A stretch of DNA of 64,000 bases. Source: Leptolyngbyaceae cyanobacterium (lineage in GTDB: Bacteria; Cyanobacteriota; Cyanobacteriia; Phormidesmidales; Phormidesmidaceae). Positions 32,101-40,681 of the stretch are shown here, one piece after another; within the stretch, counting starts at the first letter, position 1, and every line of letters begins with the position of its first letter. The notes beneath the pieces are model-generated. The model saw only the letters and a list, made by a program, of their open reading frames with translations, was not told the DNA's origin and did not search any database. Made by a program: the position numbers and the translations under genes. The stretch covers positions 64,001 to 128,000 of the forward strand of contig CBDHHL010000049.1 in NCBI GenBank assembly GCA_965263355.1, given 5' to 3'.

Positions 32101-34800
32101 AATCCCGAAAATCCAGAGGACTTCGACCAGCTGATCACTCACCTACAACAGCAAGATCAGCTGCCCAACAAGATTCTCCACGGCTGGGGGCTTTCCCATA
32201 TAACCCAGAGAAATCTGGACCTGGAGCAAGCCAACTACCACCAAACCCTGGGGCTACACACCCTGATTTCTCTAGCCCAGAGCCTGGGCAAACTACCCCG
32301 ATTCCCAGACATTGAACTGTTTACCATCGCCAATGGTCTCTATAGCGTCACTGGCGATGAAACCATCCACCCCACCAAGGTGACTGCCCTGGCTCCAATC
32401 AAGATATTGCCCATTGAATATCCTCACATCCATTGTCGCAGCATTGATGTGATTCCCTCAGGCTTAGGGGTGACCGATAAGCTAGTTACCCAGGTGCTGG
32501 CGGAATGTTGCCATCCTAGCGATGCCCTGGAAGTGGCCTACCGGGGGAGCTGCCGCTGGACCCCCACCTATATTCCCAGTGCTATTCCCAGTACAGCTAA
32601 CGATGTCCCCGCAATGGCTCGCTTGCAGCCCCAGGGGGTATATCTAGTGACCGGTGGTTTAGGTGGCATTGGTTTGACTCTGGCCCAGTACCTGGCCCAG
32701 TCGGTGCAGGCGCGGCTGGTACTGGTGAAGCGTTCCCCCTTTATTCCCAAGGACCAGTGGGCCGCCTGGCTCGATAGCCATGACACCGAGGATGCTACAG
32801 CCGAGACTATTCGACGTCTCCAGGCATTGGAAACCGCTGGCGGAGCGGTTGAAGTGATGGCTGCCGATGTGACCGACCAGTCGCAAATGCAGCAGGTGGT
32901 AGATGCCACCCTTGAGACCTACGGTGCCATTAATGGTGTGCTGCACTGTGCGGGTTTGGCGGACTTTGGTGGGATTGTACAAGGCCGGACGCGGGCGGAT
33001 AGCGATCTCATCCTCGCTGCCAAACTCCAGGGCACCCTCGTACTACAACAGGTGCTGGCCCAGCAGCCTCTGGACTTCTTTGTCCTTAGCTCCTCCCTCA
33101 GCGCCACCCTTTACAAAACCTTATTTGGCCAGGTAGCCTACTGCGCTGCTAACGACTTCCTGGATGCCTTTGCCCATCACCACACTGCCACTACTGGCAC
33201 CTTTACCTTAGCCATCGACTGGACCGAATGGCTGGAAGTAGGGATGGCAGTCAATAGTCAGGCCCAACAGGCTGATGACAATTCCATGGCGGCCCAGCTG
33301 GCCCTCGACGATGTTCTGCTAGGCATTACCCCCAGCGAAGGACAGCAGGCATTTCACCATTTGTTGTATCAGCCAGCTCCCCGCATCGTGGTCTCCACCC
33401 AGGACCTCACTGCCCTACTGCGACAGCAGGCTGCCTTTAACCCCCACGAGTTTCTCCAACAGTTCATGATGCAGGAACCCGACCCAGATGCGGTCAAATA
33501 TCCTCGCCCCGATTTGGGGGTGGACTATGTGGCTCCCCAGACACCCTTACAGCAATTTGTTGCTGAACTGTGGCAAACTTTCCTAGGACTAGAACCCGTC
33601 GGTTTGGACGACAACTTTTTTGACCTGGGTGGAGATTCTCTTAGCAGCCTTGGTTTGACTACCCAAATCGAGGCCAAGCTAGACATTGAGCTAGGCAGCA
33701 ATGTGTTGTTAACCAATGCCACCTTGACAGAATTTGTCAGCTATCTGGAAAGCAACTATGACGCATCCCTTGCCCCATTTCTGACCAAGACCAGCACTCA
33801 CCAAACCAGCACAACCCAGACTAACAAAACAAAATCAGGTCAGCCTCCAGAAGTCAGAGAGTCTGTACAGGCACCCTCGTCTCCCTCCATTGGTGCTGCA
33901 GTAGTGCCCCAGGGCAAAATAGACCCTTTAGTGCCTGTTTCCCAAAAAGCAACCATTACCGCCGCTACTCTGGTCAGGATGCAACGGGGTAGCTCGGATC
34001 AGCCCCCTTTGTTCTTTGCCCACCCCATTGGTGGTGGGGTCGCCTGTTATACCACTTTGGGGCGTCATCTCAATTCAGACCGACCTTTTTACGGACTGAG
34101 AGCCGTGGGTATGGACGATGGCCAAACACCCTACACCGATATCCGCACCATGGCGGCCAGTTACCTGGAAGCCATCAGAACTATTCAACCTCACGGCCCC
34201 TACCACCTGGGGGGATGGTCCATGGGAGGTGTGATTGCCTATGAAATGGCCCAGCAACTGGGACACGATGTGGCCACGGTGATTATGGTAGATAGCCCCG
34301 CCCCTATCCGCAAAGACGACCCAGACCCGTTGATGACCCAGCTATTTGTGTTTGCCCGCAGTCTGGGTATTCCCCAACTTCAGGCTGGCATTCTAGTAGA
34401 GTCTGAAAACTTCCAAGCTCTAGAGCTGAGGGCTCAATTGGAAAGTATTTTGCACCAGGGCATTGGCCTTAGATTATTACCCAAGTCCTTTGAAGCCGAG
34501 AGAATTACAGCTCTATTTGAGGTGTTTAGAAGCAACAACGTTGCCCTTAAGCAGTATGTCGCTAGCCGAGACATCACCTCAGCTTCTATGCTCTATGTGC
34601 GGGCTGATGATAGCCGCACCGCGATTACCAGCGACCACGATGAACAGGGCTGGCATCAGCTAGCTGGCGATGTTGTCAATTTTACCTATGCTCCTGGTGA
34701 CCACTACAGTATGGTGCTCAAACCCCATGCTACAGCGCTCGCCCAACAGATTGAACAACATTTGCTCAATCTGCGGAGGTTGCCCCTGGCCCAGTGTTAA
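29134..34800 (+). CDS. Terminal PKS module KS-AT-KR-ACP-TE
   Basis: KS QTACSTS (amino-acyl-accepting type); AT GHSIG/HAFH; KR GGLGGIG and YCAAN without LDD; ACP GGDSL; TE GWSMG and GDHYS. Confidence 0.95.
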   Translation: MTLPTGQPLPEYPVSDTDIAVIGMAGQFPGAANVEEFWRNIRDGHESVQFFSDEALQAAGVPAFMLQDPNYVKAAAVLENIEYFDAPFFGFSPREAEMMDPQHRLFLEQAWTALEHAGYATDQYEGAIAVYAGTGINQYLLSQLYPRMQQADGGVTYQAIIRNDKDFLPTLVSYKLNLKGPSIAVQTACSTSLVAVHMACQSLLNGECDMALAGAVSIHVDQKRGYLYEEGMIMSPDGHCRAFDADARGTVLGSGAATVVLKRLADALEDGDTVHAVLKGSAVNNDGDNKVGYTAPSVSGQAAVIAEAQAIAGVDPNTITYIEAHGTGTVLGDPIEIAALNEAFQDSDQPCAIGSVKTNVGHLDTASGVTGVIKAVLALQHRQIPPSLHYQSPNPAINFDRGPFFVNAQLTNWNPGDMSRRAGVSSFGIGGTNAHVVLEEAPLVAPSGPSRTTQLIPLSAKTPTALTALSTNLAAFLQANPETDLADVAYTLSRGRQGLDCRHTLVANTLDQAVAGLEAWVKQSQPSPKFSRPDCRTTTAFMFSGQGSQYVNMGRDLYDSEPVFRNAVDCCSKILFPLLGVDLHKFLYPADKSLIDICTTKLNQTTFTQPALFVVEYALAQLWMAWGVKPQAMIGHSIGEYVAACIAGVFSLEDGLQLVASRGQLMQSLPMGSMLAISLPADQVMALIEDYPHIDLATLNGPVCVVSGPTSEITALQTQLETTGADGIVITCRRLHTSHAFHSKMMEPILPTFTRHVEIIKLQAPQIPYLSNVTGTWITEDQATDPNYWAQHLRLPVRFADGLDQLLDDPTVQLLEVGPGRSLSQLAKRHPAFQANHYCVTSLRHPQETASDVAFILKSLGDLWANGSTVHWAGVYGEQQRRRLPLPTYPFERQRYWLEATETSGLDLRQFQTVPRKPEVTDWFYEPSWVRSQLPPIVTQLPPATWLIFLDALGLGQQLAQRLTQLGQTVWTVAVGNQWEILGDRTLALNPENPEDFDQLITHLQQQDQLPNKILHGWGLSHITQRNLDLEQANYHQTLGLHTLISLAQSLGKLPRFPDIELFTIANGLYSVTGDETIHPTKVTALAPIKILPIEYPHIHCRSIDVIPSGLGVTDKLVTQVLAECCHPSDALEVAYRGSCRWTPTYIPSAIPSTANDVPAMARLQPQGVYLVTGGLGGIGLTLAQYLAQSVQARLVLVKRSPFIPKDQWAAWLDSHDTEDATAETIRRLQALETAGGAVEVMAADVTDQSQMQQVVDATLETYGAINGVLHCAGLADFGGIVQGRTRADSDLILAAKLQGTLVLQQVLAQQPLDFFVLSSSLSATLYKTLFGQVAYCAANDFLDAFAHHHTATTGTFTLAIDWTEWLEVGMAVNSQAQQADDNSMAAQLALDDVLLGITPSEGQQAFHHLLYQPAPRIVVSTQDLTALLRQQAAFNPHEFLQQFMMQEPDPDAVKYPRPDLGVDYVAPQTPLQQFVAELWQTFLGLEPVGLDDNFFDLGGDSLSSLGLTTQIEAKLDIELGSNVLLTNATLTEFVSYLESNYDASLAPFLTKTSTHQTSTTQTNKTKSGQPPEVRESVQAPSSPSIGAAVVPQGKIDPLVPVSQKATITAATLVRMQRGSSDQPPLFFAHPIGGGVACYTTLGRHLNSDRPFYGLRAVGMDDGQTPYTDIRTMAASYLEAIRTIQPHGPYHLGGWSMGGVIAYEMAQQLGHDVATVIMVDSPAPIRKDDPDPLMTQLFVFARSLGIPQLQAGILVESENFQALELRAQLESILHQGIGLRLLPKSFEAERITALFEVFRSNNVALKQYVASRDITSASMLYVRADDSRTAITSDHDEQGWHQLAGDVVNFTYAPGDHYSMVLKPHATALAQQIEQHLLNLRRLPLAQC

Positions 34801-34818
34801 TTTCAAGGAGATACTTTT

Positions 34819-35073
34819 ATGACTACCACCCCCAGACCAGACTACCTAACTACCAATACCGAACTCGTTTTAGGGTTTGTTCCTGGCTTGGCGAGCAGCA
34901 GCATGTTATTAAACCCAACCGGTGGATTTACCGAACTAATTTTTAACTTGACGGTGCCTAGGATCCTCGAAGTTTATAGCTTTACCCTGGCTATGGCCAT
35001 TGTTTCTGGGTCGGCCTGCTGTATTTCGAGTACAGCAGGCCGACCCAGCAGAAGTCTTTTAATCAACAGATAA
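34819..35073 (+). CDS. Small hydrophobic hypothetical protein (84 aa)
   Basis: AAGGAG just upstream of the ATG; fills the gap between PKS-TE and MFS almost exactly (18 nt before, 9 nt after). Confidence 0.55.
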   Translation: MTTTPRPDYLTTNTELVLGFVPGLASSSMLLNPTGGFTELIFNLTVPRILEVYSFTLAMAIVSGSACCISSTAGRPSRSLLINR

Positions 35074-35082
35074 ACAAACAGG

Positions 35083-36396
35083 ATGGCTACTTTTCTTATT
35101 GTATGGATTGGCCAATTATTATCTCTGATTGGCTCAGAGTTAACCGGATTTACGTTGGGGGTGTGGGTCTATCAACAAAATAATTCTGCCACCCAGTTTG
35201 CCCTGATTTCCATTTGTACCCTATTACCCTCGATTCTGCTATCGCCCATGGCCGGGGTACTGATTGACCGATGGGACCGTCGGTTAGTAATGCTGATGAG
35301 CGACATTGGTGCTGGTCTGACCACCCTCACCATAGCGATCTTATTAGCCACGAATCAGCTCAGTATTGTCCATATTTACGCCCTGATGGCCATCGCTTCC
35401 GTGTTTAATGGCTTTCAGCATCCTGCCTTTGTCGCCGCGAGTAGTTTGTTGTTGCCTAAACATCAGCTAGCCAGGGGCAGCGGTCTAATCTCCATGAGTG
35501 AAGCAATTTCACGCCTGGTAGCTCCAGTCTTGGGGGGAGTCCTACTCTTTCTGATTGACTTAAAGGGTGTGATGATGGTGGACTTCACCACATTTTTGTT
35601 TGCTGTAGTTACATTACTGGTAGTGCGATTCCCTGCAGTTCCCACCAGTAATGTAACTGATCAAGATAAAGACTCTTTTTGGGTTGAAGCGACAACGGCC
35701 TGGCGCTTTTTGAGACAACATCCTGGCCTGATGGCATTACTGTCGTTCTTCTGCGTCAAAAATGTGTTTCAAGGTACCATTTTAGTGCTAATCACTCCCC
35801 TGGCACTCTCCTTTAGCACGCCAAAAGTCTTAGGAATGGTGCTGTCTATGGGCGGTGTAGGGATGATTCTTGGTAGCAGCCTTTTGACCCTGACTAACGA
35901 CCGGCAACGCCGCACCCACTTAATTTTTACGTTTACTACTCTATTAGGCATGTCTGTATTTGTTGCTGGGTTTAGGGTATCCGTTCCCCTATTTACCGTT
36001 GCTACTTTCCTATATTCCGTGGGGCTGCCCCTGATTCATGGGTCTGGACAAGTTATCTTCCAGTTAAAAACGCCGCCCCAGATCCAGGGGCGGGTATTTA
36101 GCTTTAACAATGCGGTGGCAGGGCTGGCAATTCCCCTGGGTTATCTCCTGGGAGGTCCCCTATCGGACTATGTGTTTGAACCACTGATGGTCTCTGATGG
36201 TTTGTTTGCAAGCACTGTAGGGGCTATCATCGGTGTTGGACCGGGTCGGGGCATTGGCTTAATGTTCATGTTACTGGGCTGTCTCCATGTGCTGTTGGCC
36301 TTAATTGCCAGTCGCTATATACCCCTGGTTAAGGTGGAAACACTACTGCCCGACCAGCTTGAAAATATAATTCCTCAGGAAATTGTTCAGATGTAA
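35083..36396 (+). CDS. MFS efflux transporter (macrolide-efflux/DHA3-like)
   Basis: Motif A GVLIDRWDRR, QGRVF, multiple hydrophobic helices. Confidence 0.92.
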   Translation: MATFLIVWIGQLLSLIGSELTGFTLGVWVYQQNNSATQFALISICTLLPSILLSPMAGVLIDRWDRRLVMLMSDIGAGLTTLTIAILLATNQLSIVHIYALMAIASVFNGFQHPAFVAASSLLLPKHQLARGSGLISMSEAISRLVAPVLGGVLLFLIDLKGVMMVDFTTFLFAVVTLLVVRFPAVPTSNVTDQDKDSFWVEATTAWRFLRQHPGLMALLSFFCVKNVFQGTILVLITPLALSFSTPKVLGMVLSMGGVGMILGSSLLTLTNDRQRRTHLIFTFTTLLGMSVFVAGFRVSVPLFTVATFLYSVGLPLIHGSGQVIFQLKTPPQIQGRVFSFNNAVAGLAIPLGYLLGGPLSDYVFEPLMVSDGLFASTVGAIIGVGPGRGIGLMFMLLGCLHVLLALIASRYIPLVKVETLLPDQLENIIPQEIVQM

Positions 36397-37560
36397 AGGG
36401 ATTATCCCTAAACACTTTATTGTTCAACTGATTCCATCGGGTGAATTTGAAGACATCCCCAAGAAAAATAGCGGAGTCGAAGTCCAGCTAAGTCGGAAGT
36501 TAACTTAAGCGATATAGCCTCTTTTAACTGGGAAAGTTACGATCACAGCTAATCCCAGAACAAAATCAGAGAAAAAAATAGCATAAACAAACTCTAAATG
36601 ACAGAATATTACTAACATGGAGTTTTTGTACGGCAAGGCTATCCTTAATTGAATGAGACTTTTTAGCTGAGCAAACCCTACCTTAACCATACAAGGCAAT
36701 ACAAGATATCTGTGCCAGGGTTATAAGTATTACCAGAGAACCATGCAGGGACTATGTATGGAGTAATGATTCGATTAATTATGAATTCGTTCGTTCTAAT
36801 CAGAAAGTTTTCTCTTGAGAAATAAAAAGAGGCTGTTTCATACGGATCATTGCCAACAAAATGTTACTGACGAACCTATGAGCTTTAGATATACTTAGTA
36901 GCGTGATGGATATACCTGGAGGTTAGATAGATTTTTTAGAGATTGTTAACACTGTTGTTAATATGTTAATTAATCTCCATGATCTATGTGATCTATATTT
37001 AGCTAAGGTAGCCAACACAAGATTTTGGGGGTTAGCGTATTATCTGAAGCTGTTGTTCCTATGTCTAAAGTGTTTCAACGGTTTTAGTTATTACCTGAGA
37101 TAATTTTTTGAGTTGTGCATAGGATCTCGATAAATCAGTATTGATAAAAATCTCCACACATGGCTGATTGTTTCTGGAGAATCCTTTAGTTCGAAGCACC
37201 CTAGGTCTCAAGCTTTCTTGAGTGAGGTACTGATGTCTAGTAGAGTTATATCTTCTGGCCACAATATTTTGTAGAGTTTTTTATTTCTACAGAAGACTGT
37301 CTCCTCTGTTTAAATGCCTTGATTTGGGTTTATGCTTTCTGACTTTTCCTGGCACATAGTTAAAAAGAGAACTAAAAAGAGATTAGCCTTAACAATCTTT
37401 TTGCAAGTTCTACTATAGATAACTGTGATTATCATTACTGTTAAGGTAGATATGTAAAGTTACCTGCAAACGGCTTCTTTTCAGATGTCTAAGTTTAAGG
37501 TTAAGTGAGCATCCACAGAAATGTTGTGCGAGCTATTTTGCATGGCCTCTTATCTATGTG

Positions 37561-37586
37561 ATAACTCAGAAAAATAACTCAGAAAA
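37561..37586. promoter_or_regulatory. 13-bp direct repeat ATAACTCAGAAAA x2 upstream of the surface-protein gene; possible regulator site
   Basis: Perfect tandem copy ~135 nt upstream of the ATG at 37721; function is only inferred. Confidence 0.25.
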
Positions 37587-37720
37587 ATCGCATCTTGATA
37601 GCCAGCAATTAGATACCTCGTTCGCTAATTGCTTGGGTAAAACTGAATATTCATGGCTGACAGCAGCTGTTGTTGCGGCTGCGGTTGTTTGTTGTAGTAT
37701 AATTTATCGGGCAGAAATCA

Positions 37721-40552
37721 ATGGGTTATTACGGCAAAATTGGCGATAAAGTTTTCTTTGATGCTAATAATAATGGTCTCCAAGATTATGGTGAAGCTGG
37801 CGTTGAAGGGGTAACAGTTACTCTCCTGGGTGCTGGTTCTGACTGGCGTTTTGGCACCAGCGATGACATCACTCTGACTCAAGTAACTAACTCTAACGGT
37901 AATTACAAATTCTCTGGTCTGCGTTCAGGCAAGTATAAGGCTTTCTTCACTGACATCCCCGCTGGTTTTCAATTCACTACTCCTGACGTAGGTAAATACA
38001 AATACAGCATTGACTCCGATGTAATCGATTTTGCTACCGGAGGCACCGATGTCATCTATCTAAAGTCATACGAGTCTAACCTCAAAATTGATGCTGGTCT
38101 CATAGCACTCCCCAACGCTAACCCGGATGCAGTTGATAATTTTTACACTGTGTCAGCTGGCAACATCATCAATATTCCGGCAGGCAATAACACCAATCCC
38201 CTGGGCAATGACATCGATGCCGATGGCGATGCATTATTTGTTCAAGCCCTCAACGGTGAAGACTTGACGATTGGTGGCGATGACTTTGATTTTGCCGATG
38301 GTAGCACTGGCGGTCAGTTTACTATCTTCCAAAATGGTCAATTTAGCTTTGATCCCCAAGGTGACTTCAATGACCTATTTATAGGCGAATTCCGCGACAC
38401 GACCGTTCAATACACCATTGCTGATGGTAAAGGCGGTACTGATACTGCAAACATTACTGTCCGAGTCGAAGGGCAACAAGTTCGTAATAACGACCCCAAT
38501 GCCGCTGATGACATTGCCACTGCTGCGTTCAATAGCCCCGTTGTATTCAATGTGTTAGGTAATGACAGTGACCCCGATGGTGACCCCTTGAGTGTTACCT
38601 CCATCAATGGTCAGTCCGTTTCCCCTGGCGATTCCGTTAATGTTGGCGATGGTATCGTAACTCTGTTTGGCGACGGTTTCTTAGACTTTACGCCTAATGC
38701 AGGTTTTGTTGGTGATGCCACCTTCGAATATCATGCTGACGATGGCAATGGCGGTGAAGACACGGCTAATGTGACGGTGACGGTTAACGGTCCGGTTAAC
38801 AATGATCCCAATGCCAATGATGACAGTGCTACCACGCCTCTCGACACGCCGGTTCTGCTCAATGTGTTGGGTAATGACAGTGACCCCGATGGTGACCCCT
38901 TGAGTGTTACCTCCATCAATGGTCAGTCCGTTGCCCCTGGCGACACGGTTGATGTTGGCGACGGTACTGTATCCGTGCTTAACAACGGCTCATTGTTCTT
39001 TACGCCGGATGCTGGCTTCACAGGCGATGCCACCTTCGAATACCATGCCGATGATGGCAATGGCGGTGAAGATCTGGCTAACGTGACGGTCACGGTTAAC
39101 GGTCCGGTTAACAATGATCCCAATGCCAATGATGACAGTGCTACCACGCCTCTCGACACGCCGGTTCTGCTCAATGTGTTGGGTAATGACAGTGACCCCG
39201 ATGGTGACCCCTTGAGTGTTACCTCCATCAATGGTCAGTCCGTTGCCCCTGGCGACACGGTTGATGTTGGCGACGGTACTGTATCCGTGCTTAACAACGG
39301 CTCATTGTTCTTTACGCCGGATGCTGGTTTCACAGGCGATGCCACCTTCGAATACCATGCCGATGATGGCAATGGCGGTGAAGATCTGGCTAACGTTACA
39401 GTGACGGTTAACGGTCCGGTTAACAACGCAAGTGTTGGCGATACGGTTTTCTTGGATGCTAATGGCAATGGTATTCAGGATGCTGGTGAATCTGGTGTTC
39501 AAGGGGTACAGGTTACCCTGACTGGTGCTGGCAATGATGGCGTAATTGGCACCGCTGATGACACCACGGCTACCGAGTTCACCAATGGAACTGGTAACTA
39601 CCAATTTGGCAACCTTGCTGCTGGCGACTACAAAGTTACCTTCTCTGGCCTACCGGCTGGTTTTGAGTTCACAACACCTAATGTGGGCAGTGACAGCCTC
39701 GACTCCGATGCTGACCCCTTCACAGGTAAGACTGACGTCTTTACCCTGGCAGCGGGTGAGAGTAATCAGACTATCGATGCTGGTTTGGTGCAAACAGCAC
39801 CGCCCGCTGGCGATAAAGACCGTGACTGCGTCTTCTTGGATGCCAATGGCAATGGTGTTCTTGATGCCGGTGAGTCTGGTGTCGCAGGTGTAACCGTTAC
39901 CCTAAACGGTGCGGGTGCTGACAATCTCTTTGACACTGCTGATGATATCACGGCCACGGATGTCACTGATGCTAATGGCTATTATCAGTTCGCTAACATC
40001 ACGGCTGGTGACTATCAGGTGACCTTCTCTAACTTGCCCTCTGGTTTTGAATTTACCACGGCTAATGTTGGTGATGACAGATTCGATTCTGATGCTGACC
40101 CAGCTACTGGCAAGACTCAAATTGTTGGCCTCGCTGACGGTGCTACTATTCTGAGTCTAGATGCGGGTCTAGTGGCGGTTTCTGGTGGTGTCAATATCAT
40201 TCCAGGTACATCTGGCAACGATGACCTCATCGGTACATCCGGTGCTGATCGTTTAGTTGGCTTCGGTGGCATTGATAGACTGACGGGTAACGACGGTCCT
40301 GATATCTTTGTGCTTGGTGATGAGACAGGTGGCTTCTACGATAAGCACGGTTATCAAGACTTCGCTGACATTATTGACTTCGCAGCGGGGCAAGATACTA
40401 TCCAACTGAACGGTTCTATGGGTGATTACGCCTTTAAGGCTGTCAATGGGGGTACTTGGATCTTCCAGGGTGATGAGCATAGCGGAGAGTTGGTGGCTGA
40501 TGTCTTCAATGCGTCCGTCAGCGATGTAAAGGCGAGTGTTCAATTTGTCTAA
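37721..40552 (+). CDS. Secreted/surface repeat protein: SdrD-B-like domains, cadherin/Ig-like repeats, RTX-like C-terminus
   Basis: Three (GD)xVFxDANxNG...G(A/E)xGV...IDAGL-type units; NDSDPDGDPL repeats; GxxGxDxL nonapeptides; no evident signal peptide. Confidence 0.88.
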   Translation: MGYYGKIGDKVFFDANNNGLQDYGEAGVEGVTVTLLGAGSDWRFGTSDDITLTQVTNSNGNYKFSGLRSGKYKAFFTDIPAGFQFTTPDVGKYKYSIDSDVIDFATGGTDVIYLKSYESNLKIDAGLIALPNANPDAVDNFYTVSAGNIINIPAGNNTNPLGNDIDADGDALFVQALNGEDLTIGGDDFDFADGSTGGQFTIFQNGQFSFDPQGDFNDLFIGEFRDTTVQYTIADGKGGTDTANITVRVEGQQVRNNDPNAADDIATAAFNSPVVFNVLGNDSDPDGDPLSVTSINGQSVSPGDSVNVGDGIVTLFGDGFLDFTPNAGFVGDATFEYHADDGNGGEDTANVTVTVNGPVNNDPNANDDSATTPLDTPVLLNVLGNDSDPDGDPLSVTSINGQSVAPGDTVDVGDGTVSVLNNGSLFFTPDAGFTGDATFEYHADDGNGGEDLANVTVTVNGPVNNDPNANDDSATTPLDTPVLLNVLGNDSDPDGDPLSVTSINGQSVAPGDTVDVGDGTVSVLNNGSLFFTPDAGFTGDATFEYHADDGNGGEDLANVTVTVNGPVNNASVGDTVFLDANGNGIQDAGESGVQGVQVTLTGAGNDGVIGTADDTTATEFTNGTGNYQFGNLAAGDYKVTFSGLPAGFEFTTPNVGSDSLDSDADPFTGKTDVFTLAAGESNQTIDAGLVQTAPPAGDKDRDCVFLDANGNGVLDAGESGVAGVTVTLNGAGADNLFDTADDITATDVTDANGYYQFANITAGDYQVTFSNLPSGFEFTTANVGDDRFDSDADPATGKTQIVGLADGATILSLDAGLVAVSGGVNIIPGTSGNDDLIGTSGADRLVGFGGIDRLTGNDGPDIFVLGDETGGFYDKHGYQDFADIIDFAAGQDTIQLNGSMGDYAFKAVNGGTWIFQGDEHSGELVADVFNASVSDVKASVQFV
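38486..39421 (+). repeat. Three tandem 312-bp (104-aa) Ig/cadherin-like coding repeats
   Basis: Units start at 38486, 38798 and 39110; units 2 and 3 are nearly identical in DNA. Confidence 0.92.
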
Positions 40553-40590
40553 GACAGTTTGTCTTTGACAAAACCACTAGTCATTAGTTA

Positions 40591-40634
40591 AAAAACAGGC
40601 AATCTCTCATCAGAGATTGCCTGTTTTGGTTTTT
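40591..40634. terminator. Likely bidirectional intrinsic terminator
   Basis: AAAACAGGCAATCTCT-catc-AGAGATTGCCTGTTTT perfect stem between convergent genes. Confidence 0.85.
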
Positions 40635-40681
40635 ATGTCCTCATCTACCCAGCCTCACTCAGGACTGAGATTATTACCTAC

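Noticed and set aside
34819..35073. RiPP precursor peptide
   Set aside because: Ser/Cys-rich end, but no recognisable leader and no RiPP maturase in the window.
36397..37749. Short ORFs (36505-36699, 37065-37262, 37558-37749) and a possible riboswitch/ncRNA
   Set aside because: AT-rich intergenic composition, no protein motifs, and no riboswitch consensus I could match.
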